Shown one piece after another: positions 50,144-60,390 of a DNA stretch of 64,000 nucleotides. Within the stretch, counting starts at the first letter, position 1. Each line of letters begins with the position of its first letter. This stretch comes from a bacterium (GTDB lineage: Bacteria; Electryoneota; Electryoneia; Electryoneales; Electryoneaceae). Location: positions 2,752,001-2,816,000 of the forward strand of contig CAXXKJ010000002.1 of assembly GCA_963675295.2 (NCBI GenBank). Direction: 5' to 3'. The translations under genes were made by a program, and so were the position numbers. Under the pieces are notes generated by a model. The model was not told the DNA's origin. It saw only the letters and a list, made by a program, of their open reading frames with translations, and did not search any database.

Positions 50144-51754
50144 TCAAAATCTCACACCCAGTTCGAGATAGCTGCGGTTGCTGTTCTGCAGGTCGCCGGA
50201 GGTGTATTCGTGATACACCTGCCCGTACCACCGCTGCCCGAAGGTAAACGACACGCCCGGGCGAATCCAGAAATCCGTGTAGCTTTCGTTGGTCGAGTCG
50301 TAGTCGTAGACACGTGTGCCGGCATCCAGGTGAACACGCGCGCGGCGGTGCGGATACATCGCCAACCCGAGCGAGGGCTGATACCCGGTGCTGTATGGGT
50401 TGTTGTAGTAGGCCAGCCGTGCATTCAGTGATACACCGCTGCTGAACAGGTCACGGTGGCTGAGGCTGGCATGGCCGGTGTACGTGTCGTCGCCGCCGTC
50501 GCTACGGGTACGCATGTTACCCTGAACCGTGAAACGCAGGTCGCGGGTCAAACGCAGGGTTGTCCCCAAACGCCAGCCCTCACGGACTGCATCATCGAAC
50601 AGGCTGTCCGGGGTGTCTTTCGTTTCCCACGTGCGCAGTATCCGGCGGTTGTCGTACCCGACATCGAAACTGGCCACATCGACCGGCGAGTATCGCACGC
50701 TGAACAGGATGTTGTCTAATTCCAGCGACGATCCAGTCGCCTCTTCGCGCCAGCCACGGTTCACAGCCAGTTCCGCGCTCTCGTATACCGTCAGCGTGCG
50801 ACCCAACGAGTAGCGAATCTGCTGATACAGAAATTCCTCGTCGATTTCGCCCCGGCGGTACGATCCGGCAAACGCCAGCGAGGCGTCAATCCGCTGGGAC
50901 GACCAGTCGCCGCGTGTGTGCTGCACGAATACACCGGTCTTGACCTCGTCACTGTTGACGCGGCTGGTGGTCGGGTCCGGCCGCAATCCACCGAATGCAC
51001 CCACGGTCCAGCTTTCCGCGAAATCGTAATCGACATACGCGCCATCAAACACACCGATCCCGCTCACCGCCCGGGCGTACACCCGCCCGACACGATACCC
51101 CAATGCCGACGCCGGGTCATCATACTGCAACGATGCTTCATAGATCCGGTTGTTCCACGGATCCGGGTATGTTGATTCCGCCTTGCTGTCACGCAGCTGA
51201 TAGCGCGACCGTCCTCGCAACTCGAAGCGCAGCGCGGTGCCGAACAAATCGTCCATCCGCAGCCGGGCCGTTAAGCCCGGTTCTGCCAGGTCACGGTTGT
51301 TGTCGTCCGTGCCGGTGTACCGCAGCTGCAGGCCGATCCGTCCACGTATTGTCATCGGTTTCGCCTCGGCAACCGGACGAGTGGCGCTGGCTGGTGTGGA
51401 AGGTGTCGCCGGAGTCGCGGAGTAGACCGGCGACTCGTCGATCGGGTCGAGCAGGCGTTGCGGGACCGTGAAATGCACAAGATCGCCGACCTGAAGCTCG
51501 TCCAGATCACCCTCGATCAACTCACAGGACGCGGACGCATCAGCGGTGAACAAAACCCGTCCCAAGGCGATTTGCTCGTGATCACGCAACACCTGAACCG
51601 TATCGCCCACTGCGAGACCGGCATTTGAGCCCGAGCCAATGAAGAAGCCGTCCGCCGTGAGGTAGCTGATCGTGGTTTCGCCCAGCGGCGCGGTTGCGAA
51701 CGCGTACCCTGTAACCAGCAGCAGGAGTGCGAATAGCATCGTGAGCCGTTTCAT
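50144..51754 (-). CDS. Outer-membrane beta-barrel with N-terminal small beta domain
   Basis: Signal peptide; Pro/Ala/Thr linker; many amphipathic strands; terminal YLELGVRF. Confidence 0.75.
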   Translation of the reverse strand: MKRLTMLFALLLLVTGYAFATAPLGETTISYLTADGFFIGSGSNAGLAVGDTVQVLRDHEQIALGRVLFTADASASCELIEGDLDELQVGDLVHFTVPQRLLDPIDESPVYSATPATPSTPASATRPVAEAKPMTIRGRIGLQLRYTGTDDNNRDLAEPGLTARLRMDDLFGTALRFELRGRSRYQLRDSKAESTYPDPWNNRIYEASLQYDDPASALGYRVGRVYARAVSGIGVFDGAYVDYDFAESWTVGAFGGLRPDPTTSRVNSDEVKTGVFVQHTRGDWSSQRIDASLAFAGSYRRGEIDEEFLYQQIRYSLGRTLTVYESAELAVNRGWREEATGSSLELDNILFSVRYSPVDVASFDVGYDNRRILRTWETKDTPDSLFDDAVREGWRLGTTLRLTRDLRFTVQGNMRTRSDGGDDTYTGHASLSHRDLFSSGVSLNARLAYYNNPYSTGYQPSLGLAMYPHRRARVHLDAGTRVYDYDSTNESYTDFWIRPGVSFTFGQRWYGQVYHEYTSGDLQNSNRSYLELGVRF

Positions 51755-54700
51755 CAGCGCGCCCCCTTCCGTTCTTCATCAGGTTCAATCTGATCCGGGA
51801 ACAGGTTCGGCCCTTCATCGCCGTCCGGGTGACAGTTGTAGCACGCGAGGCTGTTGTACTGATAGCCCGGAACGTCGTCGTGCTCGTTGTCCATCGCACC
51901 CTGCAAGTGGCAGGTTAGACAGGTGAAGTCGGTGTAGTCGTTGGGGTTCGGATGACACTCGGAACACGAATCCCACTCCCCCTGATGCTCACCGCTGTAT
52001 ATCGGGAACCAGACGATGTGGTTGAACTGAGCGTCCTCCCAGTCGAACGTATTGTGGCACAGGTCGCAAGTTGTGGGGAACATCACCTGCTGATGGTTCG
52101 GATCGTTTGTCTGGTTGTAGTCGTCCTCATGGCAGAAGAAGCACTCGTCCGGCGTGCCGGTGTATTGCCCACCAACATGGCACAGTGTGCAGTCCAGCGT
52201 CAGGTGCTGGCCGGTGAGGTCGTAATCGGTCTGCTGGTTATGGTCGAACGTGGACGGTGTCCAGCCGTTGACCGAGTGGCAGATCGTGCAGTCGGTCCCG
52301 AACGAACCCGGATCGTGCGGCGGATCGGCGTTGTTGAAACTGCCCTCGTGGCACGCAAAGCAGGTGGACGGCGTCCCCTCGTACCCGTTTGTATGGCACA
52401 TCGAGCAATTCACGCCCGTGTGTTCACCCTCAAGCGGGAAGTCGGTCCACTGATCGTGGTCGAAGCTGTCCAGCGGCGTCCAGCTGGCCTGCGTATGGCA
52501 GGTGGTGCAAACCTGCGGGTAGCTGTTTGTGACGTGGTTCGGATCGCTGACACCGTTGTAGTTGCCCTCATGACACGCGAAGCACTCCGTCGGCGTGCCG
52601 GTGTAGCCTTCACTGTGACACAGATTGCAGTCGAGCGTGGTGTGCGCGCCGACCAACGGGAAGCCGGTGTTGTTGTGGTCGAAATCGGCGTCGTCCCAGT
52701 CGGACGTGTTGTGGCAGATGGTGCAGTCGTGCGGGTAGTTGTTCGCCAGATGGTCCGGGTCGTCCGCGTTGTTGTAATCGTCCTCATGGCACGCGAAACA
52801 CTCCGTCGGCGTGCCGGTGTAACCTTCACTATGGCACAGGTTGCAGTCGAGTGTCGTGTGCGCGCCGGTCAACGGGAAGTCGGTGTTGTTGTGGTCGAAA
52901 TCGGCGTCGTCCCAGTCGGTCGTGTTGTGGCAGATGGTGCAGTCGTGCGGGTAGTTGTTCGCCAGATGGTCCGGATCGTCCGCGTTGTTGTAATCGTCCT
53001 CATGGCACGCGAAGCATTCGGTCGGAGTGCCCGTGTAGCCGTCGGCGTGACACAGATTGCAGTCGAGCGTGGTGTGCGCACCGGTCAACGGGAAGTCGGT
53101 GGTGTTGTGATCAAAATCGGCATCGTCCCAGTCAGACGTGTTATGGCAGATGGTGCAGTCCGTCGGGTAGTTTCCGGCGAGGTGATCCGGGTCGTCGGCG
53201 TCGTTGTAGTCCTCTTCGTGACAACCGAAACAGGTTTCCGGCGTGGACGCGTACTGCCCGTCGATATGGCAGTCGGCACAATTCAGCTCGGTGTGCGAGC
53301 CGTTGATCACGAACTGGGTTTGCGTGTCATGGTCGAAGGTGGACGGCGTCCAGCCCTCAATCGTGTGGCAGACTTCGCAATCGTTGCCGAATGATTCCGC
53401 TTCATGCGGCGGCACGGCTTGATCGAAGTCGTCCTGATGGCAGCTGATGCACGCGGGGTCGGTGTTGGCGTAGCCGTCGGCGTGGCAATCAACACAGGTC
53501 AGTCCGGCGTGTCCACCGATCAACGGGAATCCGGTCTGAACGTCATGTGGGAAGTCGTCATCATCGACATCCTCCCAATCGATCTGGTTGTGGCACTCGG
53601 TGCAGTCGGTCGGGTAGTTGTTCGCCGCGTGGTCGGGGTCGTCCGTGTTGTTGTAGTCGTCCTCATGGCAACCGAAGCAGGTCACCGGGGTGTTCACGTA
53701 CTGGCCATCGATATGGCAGTCGGCGCAATCGAGTTCGGTATGCGCCCCTTCGACGAGGAAATCGGTGTCCTGATCGTGATCGAAGCTGGACTGTTCCCAC
53801 GTTTGCGTGTCATGGCACAGCAGGCAGTCGAAATCGAACGAATCCGGATTATGGATTGGCTCGGTTGCGTCTTCGTAATCCACCTGATGGCAGGCGTAGC
53901 AGTCCGTTGGCGTATTGACATAGCCGTCAACGTGGCAATCGGCGCAATCGGTTTCGAGATGCGCGCCAGTCAGCGGAAATTCAGTCGCCTGGTGATCAAA
54001 CTCTGCCTCTTCCCAGTCGACGGGTGTGTGGCAAACTTCGCAGTCGGTTGGATACCCTTCGGCGGTGTGATCCGGATCGTCCGTATCGTTGTAGTCTTCC
54101 AGGTGGCAATCGAAGCACGCGTCCGGCAGGCCAACGTACACGTTGTTCAAGTGACACTGGGAACACTCGGCCTCACGGTGTCCGCCGACCAGCGGATACA
54201 TCGTGTCCGCATCATGGTCAAAGCCCGGCGCCGGAGACCAGCCGTCCGTGGTGTGGCAAATCGAGCAGTCGGACGCGAAGCTCGCCGGATTGTGCGGCGG
54301 ATTCGTCGCGCCGTCGTAATCGTCCTGATGGCAGCCGTTGCAGGCGGTCGGTGTGCCGGCATAACCAGCTGTGTGGCACTCGTTGCAATTCACCTCGCGG
54401 TGTTCGCCGGTGAGGTCGAAACCCGTGGTAGAGTGGTTGAAATCGTCCGCATCGTCCCAGTCATCGATGGTGTGGCAGATCGAGCAGTCGGTCGGGAAAC
54501 CGGCCTGCGCGTGGTTCGGGTCATCGGTTCGGTTGTAATCGTCTGCGTGGCAGGAATAACATTCGCTCGAGGTTTCAGCATAATTGCTGCCCGGTGCATG
54601 GCACGCCTGGCAGTCAAACACACGGTGCCCGCGCACGAGCGGGAAGTCCGGCGTATGGTCAAAGTCGACAATGCTCCCAGCCCAATCGACAGACACCAGT

Positions 54701-55263
54701 CCGTGGCACTCGTCGCACGTTGTACTGAATCCCGCCCCGGCATGGTCCGGGTTGTTCGCGTGATAGTAGTCATCCAGATGGCAGCCGGCGCAGTTGAGTG
54801 ACGCCTCGGCGTAGTTGCCGTCGGCGTGGCAGGCCGTGCACGCCAGGCCATCATGAGCACCGGTCAACGCGAACCGCGTCTGCTGGTGCATTTCCCGAAA
54901 GTGGGCTTCGTCGAACCAACCCTCGGGACTGTGGCATTGGCTACAGTCGTGCGTGAACTGTCCGGAATGGACATCCACATGGCAGTCGAAACACTGTGAG
55001 GACGCCTGCCGAAATTCGAGGGATTCATGGCAGAACTGGCAATCGACCTGCTCATGCCGTCCTTCCAGCGGGAAGGTGGTGGAATTGTGATCAAATTCCA
55101 GCGGCGCTTTCAGTTCGCTCCAGCCCTCAACCACATGGCACAACGAACAGTCGAGATCGAAGTCGTCGCCGTGCGGCATCGTCTGCACCGTTGCTCCCGG
55201 CACCGATCCGGCGAGGATCAGCAGCATCGCCAACAGCAGAAACAGCGTTCGGTCAACTCTCAT
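51754..55263 (-). CDS. Giant multiheme cytochrome c, 46 CxxCH
   Basis: Manual count of 46 CxxCH in ~72-aa triheme repeats; signal peptide from ATG 55263 (ATGA overlap). Confidence 0.92.
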   Translation of the reverse strand: MRVDRTLFLLLAMLLILAGSVPGATVQTMPHGDDFDLDCSLCHVVEGWSELKAPLEFDHNSTTFPLEGRHEQVDCQFCHESLEFRQASSQCFDCHVDVHSGQFTHDCSQCHSPEGWFDEAHFREMHQQTRFALTGAHDGLACTACHADGNYAEASLNCAGCHLDDYYHANNPDHAGAGFSTTCDECHGLVSVDWAGSIVDFDHTPDFPLVRGHRVFDCQACHAPGSNYAETSSECYSCHADDYNRTDDPNHAQAGFPTDCSICHTIDDWDDADDFNHSTTGFDLTGEHREVNCNECHTAGYAGTPTACNGCHQDDYDGATNPPHNPASFASDCSICHTTDGWSPAPGFDHDADTMYPLVGGHREAECSQCHLNNVYVGLPDACFDCHLEDYNDTDDPDHTAEGYPTDCEVCHTPVDWEEAEFDHQATEFPLTGAHLETDCADCHVDGYVNTPTDCYACHQVDYEDATEPIHNPDSFDFDCLLCHDTQTWEQSSFDHDQDTDFLVEGAHTELDCADCHIDGQYVNTPVTCFGCHEDDYNNTDDPDHAANNYPTDCTECHNQIDWEDVDDDDFPHDVQTGFPLIGGHAGLTCVDCHADGYANTDPACISCHQDDFDQAVPPHEAESFGNDCEVCHTIEGWTPSTFDHDTQTQFVINGSHTELNCADCHIDGQYASTPETCFGCHEEDYNDADDPDHLAGNYPTDCTICHNTSDWDDADFDHNTTDFPLTGAHTTLDCNLCHADGYTGTPTECFACHEDDYNNADDPDHLANNYPHDCTICHNTTDWDDADFDHNNTDFPLTGAHTTLDCNLCHSEGYTGTPTECFACHEDDYNNADDPDHLANNYPHDCTICHNTSDWDDADFDHNNTGFPLVGAHTTLDCNLCHSEGYTGTPTECFACHEGNYNGVSDPNHVTNSYPQVCTTCHTQASWTPLDSFDHDQWTDFPLEGEHTGVNCSMCHTNGYEGTPSTCFACHEGSFNNADPPHDPGSFGTDCTICHSVNGWTPSTFDHNQQTDYDLTGQHLTLDCTLCHVGGQYTGTPDECFFCHEDDYNQTNDPNHQQVMFPTTCDLCHNTFDWEDAQFNHIVWFPIYSGEHQGEWDSCSECHPNPNDYTDFTCLTCHLQGAMDNEHDDVPGYQYNSLACYNCHPDGDEGPNLFPDQIEPDEERKGAR
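52560..53230 (-). repeat. About three near-identical 216-bp tandem repeats within the cytochrome gene
   Basis: Anchor (G/A)TGGCAGATGGTGCAGTC at 52711, 52927, 53143; boundaries approximate. Confidence 0.85.
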
Positions 55264-57002
55264 CCATCCCTCCCGGGACGTTCCGGTTGATTTCCATGGC
55301 AGGCGCTGCACTCACGGTTCAGGCCCGCGTATTGGATGACATCCCTATCGCCAACCTGCGTCGGCTTGTGGCACAGATTGCAGGCCACATTTTCATGCCC
55401 GCCGGTGAGCGGGAAATTGGTATCACGATTGTGCACGAACAGCAAATCCGTCCAGCCGCTCGGGATATGGCACTGCTCGCAACCGTCGGACGCGACAATC
55501 TCCGCGAACTGGGCGGCGTGCGGATCGTCATGGCACGCCGCGCAGGTACGTTCCAGCGGCTTCATCCACACCAGTTCCTCGCCGGCGTCTGTCTCGATCC
55601 AGTGGCACTTGAGGCAGAGGATCTCGCGATGCTTTCCCTGCAACGGGAATCGCGCGAGGTTGTGATCGAAGCTGGTGCGGCTCCACGTGCTGGTGTTGTG
55701 GCAGAATTCGCAGCCGTTTTTGTCGATCCAGATGTCGAGTTGGCTGCGATGGATGTCGTCGTGGCACGCCTGGCAGCGCGTCGACTCGAAGGTGAAGGTC
55801 GCGTACGAATCGCCCGTGTCGTCCATCTTCTGCACATGGCACAGCGCGCAGGGTATCGCGCGGTGGCTGCCGGTCAGTGCGAAGTCTGTCTGCTTGTGTT
55901 CGCTGAGACTGAAGGTGGTCCTGTGGAATGGACGTTCGACACTGTGGCAGGCATCGCAGGCACCACCGTCCGCACGATCCGTGAACTGGCCGCGGTGCTC
56001 GTCCTCGTGGCAATCCCGGCAACGGTCGTACGCCAATGGTTCGGTCATCGAGCCGCTGGTGTGGCAATTAAGGCACTGGACCTGCTGATGCAGGCCAAGG
56101 AGCGGAAACTCAGTTCGGCTGTGGTCAAACTCGCCGGACGCCGTCGCGGACTGGAACCCGGCTGTCGTGTGGCAACGGCTGCAGTCGGCACCGAACCGTC
56201 CTTTGTGCACGTCCTCATGGCAAGCGGCGCAACTGGCATACGACAGGCCTGCGTACTGCGCGTAGCTGTCAGGACTGTTTTTGTCCACGATCATTCCGGC
56301 GGAGTGAGACGTGCGCGGTAAAGCGGCGTGGCATTTGACGCACTCGAGGTCCGTGTGACGACCGGTCAGCGCGTACTCGGTGTCACGCGAGTGGTCGAAT
56401 CCGGGAGCGGGCTTCCATGCCTGCTGGGTGTGACAACTGGTGCAGGTATTTGTCAACTGGTCGGCGTGTTCATCTTCGTGGCAGCTGACGCATTGAGAAT
56501 CCAAGCCGAGGAAGGTGCTTTCCTCGTTGACGACGTTCTCCGCAGAGAAGGCGTCCTCGGTGTGAAATCGCGGCTGATGGCATTCGCGACAGTCGAGATT
56601 CTGATGGGCGCCGGAGAATGTCCAGCCGGTTAACCCGTGGTCAAACTCGCTCTGACCGGACGGCCAGTAGATCAGTTCATGGTCGCGGCCGTGATGTTCT
56701 GAATGGCAGGTGGTACAGGCTTCGCCCTGAACCTCGGAGCTGGCGTGGTAGCCTTGCCCGGCGTCGATGCGAGAGTTCAGGGTTGTATGACAGGTGAGGC
56801 ACTTGTCGCCAACAACCGCCTGACCCAGTTCGTGACACTGGGTGCATTTCGTTATGCCTTCAAGGGATTCATGCGCGGCGGACAGCTTGCCGGGAGAGAT
56901 CTGAGCTGATGCAAAATCAGCTGCAACGCTGAAGAAAATCAGCAAAGCGAACACGTACAGGATGCAACGGCTGCGCTTGGGGGTGAACGTTGCCGGTTTC
57001 AC
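55260..57002 (-). CDS. Multiheme cytochrome c, 20 CxxCH
   Basis: Manual count of 20 CxxCH; signal peptide then QISPGKLS..H. Confidence 0.92.
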   Translation of the reverse strand: MKPATFTPKRSRCILYVFALLIFFSVAADFASAQISPGKLSAAHESLEGITKCTQCHELGQAVVGDKCLTCHTTLNSRIDAGQGYHASSEVQGEACTTCHSEHHGRDHELIYWPSGQSEFDHGLTGWTFSGAHQNLDCRECHQPRFHTEDAFSAENVVNEESTFLGLDSQCVSCHEDEHADQLTNTCTSCHTQQAWKPAPGFDHSRDTEYALTGRHTDLECVKCHAALPRTSHSAGMIVDKNSPDSYAQYAGLSYASCAACHEDVHKGRFGADCSRCHTTAGFQSATASGEFDHSRTEFPLLGLHQQVQCLNCHTSGSMTEPLAYDRCRDCHEDEHRGQFTDRADGGACDACHSVERPFHRTTFSLSEHKQTDFALTGSHRAIPCALCHVQKMDDTGDSYATFTFESTRCQACHDDIHRSQLDIWIDKNGCEFCHNTSTWSRTSFDHNLARFPLQGKHREILCLKCHWIETDAGEELVWMKPLERTCAACHDDPHAAQFAEIVASDGCEQCHIPSGWTDLLFVHNRDTNFPLTGGHENVACNLCHKPTQVGDRDVIQYAGLNRECSACHGNQPERPGRDG

Positions 57003-57080
57003 AAAGTGTCTCGATCAGGTCGCTGTTGACTTGTTGCAAAAACTACATAAGTTTGCACCAGTGTGCCAATGATGAAACCG

Positions 57081-58388
57081 CTAAACCTCCCCAAACTTTC
57101 GCGTGAATTCGATCCCGATGCTCTGGAGGAATTCGGTGGGCAGAACACCGCCAGCGAACACAAATACCTGGTCATTGGCCAGTTCCTGTTCATCATCTCC
57201 GACACGAAGCAGCGCCTTGCCGGGCTCCAGTTTTAACACCTCCGAACTGTAAAGCGGGTGAACTTCGCCGGAGGCAATGGATCTCTCCAGGCGTTCCGCG
57301 TTCTTCTCCTTGATCCGGAAGATCTTGTCCCGCCGGTAGCTCAGATGGACTGTTGTACCGGGCTGTTCACCGAGGGACACGGCCGCTTCCACCGCGCTGT
57401 CGCCACCTCCAACCACGAGGATTTTCTTGTCTGCGAAGTGTTCGGGATCCATCAACCGGTAGTATACGCGCGGCGACTCTTCGCCGGGAATACCCAGCTT
57501 GCGGGGGGTCCCGCGTCGGCCGATCGCCAGCAGAACACGCCGGGCATGGTACTCCTGTTTGCTGGTGACAACCCGGAAATGGCCGTTTTCACGGCTGACA
57601 CTCTCGCATTTTTCCCCAGTCTGAACCGTCAGGTCGGTTTTCTGGAACACGGACTGGAACGTACTGAGCAGATTCTCCTTCTCCACTTCCCGCACCTTGA
57701 TCGTGCCGTAGCCGGGCAGCTCCAGCGGCTGAGTCATCACCAGCTTGCGGCGCGGATACGAGAGGATCGTGCCACCGAGATCGTCCTGGTCGATGGTGAC
57801 AAACCGCAGTCCCTCTTCTTTCGCCTGCAACGATGCCGCGATCCCCGCCGGACCCGAGCCGACAATCAGCAGGTCGAGCAGATCCTGACCGTCCTCGCGT
57901 TCGAGGCTCTTCACGATGTACTCGGTTGCCTGCCGGCCCTGAGTCACTGCATTGCGGATCAAGCCCATCCCGCCCAGCTCACCGGCGATGTAAACACCCG
58001 GAACATTGGTCTCGAACGTACCCTTCAGGTGTGGAATGTCGACTCCGCGCTTTTCGGTGCCGAAGACGAGCGTGATTGCGTTCACCGGGCACGCAGCCTG
58101 GCACAACCCATGCCCGATGCAGTTGGACGGACTGATCAGCTTGCCGGCATTGTCAATCAGGCCGAGCACGTTCTGTTCCGGACACGCACGCACGCATGCC
58201 CCCGACCCGATGCAGATGTTCGGGTCGATCACCGGGTGCAGCGAAACCGGCTGGTCACGGCCACTCTCGACCGCCTTGGTCAACGTTTCCGCAGCACGCT
58301 TGCTCTTGCTTCGTTCGCGATACCAGTAGATGCCGGGAATCAGCACAACCAGCATTCCAACAGCGACGTAAATGAGGGTCTCTAGCAT
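57081..58388 (-). CDS. Membrane-anchored ferredoxin-domain / FAD-NAD(P) thioredoxin-reductase-like oxidoreductase
   Basis: N-terminal TM; CIGSGACVRACP and CIGHGLCQAACP; VGSGPAG, VGGGDSAVE, SYRR. Confidence 0.85.
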   Translation of the reverse strand: MLETLIYVAVGMLVVLIPGIYWYRERSKSKRAAETLTKAVESGRDQPVSLHPVIDPNICIGSGACVRACPEQNVLGLIDNAGKLISPSNCIGHGLCQAACPVNAITLVFGTEKRGVDIPHLKGTFETNVPGVYIAGELGGMGLIRNAVTQGRQATEYIVKSLEREDGQDLLDLLIVGSGPAGIAASLQAKEEGLRFVTIDQDDLGGTILSYPRRKLVMTQPLELPGYGTIKVREVEKENLLSTFQSVFQKTDLTVQTGEKCESVSRENGHFRVVTSKQEYHARRVLLAIGRRGTPRKLGIPGEESPRVYYRLMDPEHFADKKILVVGGGDSAVEAAVSLGEQPGTTVHLSYRRDKIFRIKEKNAERLERSIASGEVHPLYSSEVLKLEPGKALLRVGDDEQELANDQVFVFAGGVLPTEFLQSIGIEFTRKFGEV

Positions 58389-58784
58389 CGGGATGATCTG
58401 CGCGTTTTACAGTGGATCAGCTGATGTTGTATCACATACGTGATGAATGTACTCAAAGCCTGTTGGAAATTAAACTCTTGTGACAGATGGCCACAACTCG
58501 AATCCGCCATGGCCGTTTCCGTTCCACTATCCGTCCACACCACTGTCCTCTGCAAAAAACCGGCTGCTGAATGATCTCCAGTTTATGCAAAAGATACACG
58601 AAATGATGCTGCCCAGCGGATGCGCCAGCCTTGGCGGTCTGCTCTCACAAAATTCGGCAATATGACAGGATTTCGCGTTTTCGTGCGGCGTTCTGAATAC
58701 ATTGAATTTGATGTGGTTGATTCCAATTCGCCACAGAGTGCCTCGATTGGGGCATGAGGGTAGTTTTCGACATGGGGGGAAGCG

Positions 58785-60350
58785 ATGAAGACGATAGCTG
58801 CGATCTTGATTGTGCTGTGCGTGGCGTGTGTCGTCAACGCACAGTGGGCACAATGGACGCCGATGAACGCCAGCCGCTACGGTCTCGACGCCATTGAGTA
58901 CAACGGGGATATTTATGCTGTTGGCGGCATGGATAACCTGGTCCCCGTAACGACAATGGAGCGGTATTCGGGTGGAACCTGGACCTATCTGGCCAATCTT
59001 CCCGTCGCGCAGGGCTATCTGTGCGCAGCATTGGTTGGTGACAAGATTTACAGCTTCGGCGGCTACGGCCCGTTGAGCACAATTCAAATCTATGACATTC
59101 CATCGAATACCTGGTCTACGAGCCCGGCTGTGTTGCCAATTCCATTGTATTGGGCGACTGCGGAAACTGTGGGGAAACACGTGTACGTGATCGGCGGGTA
59201 CACGGTTCCGGGAGGCGCTCAAGACGATGTGTATATCCTGAACACGACGACCAATTCATGGACCATGGGAACTCCCTGTCCGGTAACGTTGCAGGGCTGC
59301 ACATCGGTCATCTATAACGGGTATATCTACGTTTTCAGCTACAATGGGGACTACAAGTACAACTACACGACCGACACCTGGACCTCTATCGCAAACCGGA
59401 CCTACCTGACCCGAGGCGCTTCAGCGGAAGTCATCAACGACGCCATCTATGTGATCGGCGGCCATTTCGGTAACATTTACGAAGCTGAAGACTATACCCA
59501 GATCTACGACACCGCTTCAGATTACTGGACTATGGGTCCGGATATGATTTTCGCGCGCTATCACCTCGCGTCCGCTTATGTGAACGACTACCTGTACAGT
59601 ATCGGTGGACGTGATGCGAACGGAGGTTCAAACAACTGGGTGGAACGGCTGTATGTGATGGGTGGACCGCCGATGCTTGAGCTCAGCATGACACCGATAA
59701 CAGCCAACATTCCTGCGGGCGGAGGTATGTTCCGTTATATCGCCTATGTGACCAACAATACGGGCAGCCTGCTTGTCCGTGATGCCTGGACGTATGTGCG
59801 TCTTCCCGGAGGCGCATTCTACGGTCCCCTGATGACGAGGACTGTCAACCTGCCACCGGGATTGGTTACGGCGCCCAATCTTCGTGAAGCGATTCCGGGC
59901 TATGCACCACCTGGTGAGTACACGTTCCATGGATACGTCGGAACGTTCGTACCGTGGATTGTCGATGCGACCAACACATGCTACTTCACCAAATTGACGA
60001 CCGGACCCGGGAATGTGGATGAGTGGTTCGGAACGGAGTGGGAATTCACATCAGATGCGAACCGGATGACGGTTGAGCGGCCATCGGAATACACGATGGT
60101 AACCGCCTATCCGAACCCGTTCAATGCCTCAACTGTTGTCACGGTAAATCTGCCGGAACCATCTGAGCTGACGGTGACGGTTTTCAACGCTGCCGGCCAG
60201 ACTATCGCCGAGCTGGCGAGTGGATCGTACACTGCTGGGATAAACCACTTCACATTTGACGCTTCAGGACTTGCAAGTGGCTTGTACTTCATCCACGCCA
60301 CAGTACCCGGTCACCTGAACAAGTTCCAAAAGGTGATGCTGGTACGCTGA
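58785..60350 (+). CDS. Secreted Kelch-repeat protein with T9SS-type CTD
   Basis: Signal peptide; IY..GG..YD..W repeats; YPNPFN..ATVPGHLNKFQKVMLVR. Confidence 0.85.
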   Translation: MKTIAAILIVLCVACVVNAQWAQWTPMNASRYGLDAIEYNGDIYAVGGMDNLVPVTTMERYSGGTWTYLANLPVAQGYLCAALVGDKIYSFGGYGPLSTIQIYDIPSNTWSTSPAVLPIPLYWATAETVGKHVYVIGGYTVPGGAQDDVYILNTTTNSWTMGTPCPVTLQGCTSVIYNGYIYVFSYNGDYKYNYTTDTWTSIANRTYLTRGASAEVINDAIYVIGGHFGNIYEAEDYTQIYDTASDYWTMGPDMIFARYHLASAYVNDYLYSIGGRDANGGSNNWVERLYVMGGPPMLELSMTPITANIPAGGGMFRYIAYVTNNTGSLLVRDAWTYVRLPGGAFYGPLMTRTVNLPPGLVTAPNLREAIPGYAPPGEYTFHGYVGTFVPWIVDATNTCYFTKLTTGPGNVDEWFGTEWEFTSDANRMTVERPSEYTMVTAYPNPFNASTVVTVNLPEPSELTVTVFNAAGQTIAELASGSYTAGINHFTFDASGLASGLYFIHATVPGHLNKFQKVMLVR

Positions 60351-60390
60351 CAGTGTCCTGACAGTTGACGGTTCGGCTTTGTTCTGAAGT

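Noticed and set aside
52560-53230. CRISPR-like array
   Set aside because: 216-bp in-frame coding repeats without spacers; no cas genes
58430-58445. ATCAC-ATAC-GTGAT palindrome upstream of the cytochrome operon as an FNR/CRP/Rex site
   Set aside because: Only 5-bp arms; orientation and spacing do not match those consensus sites
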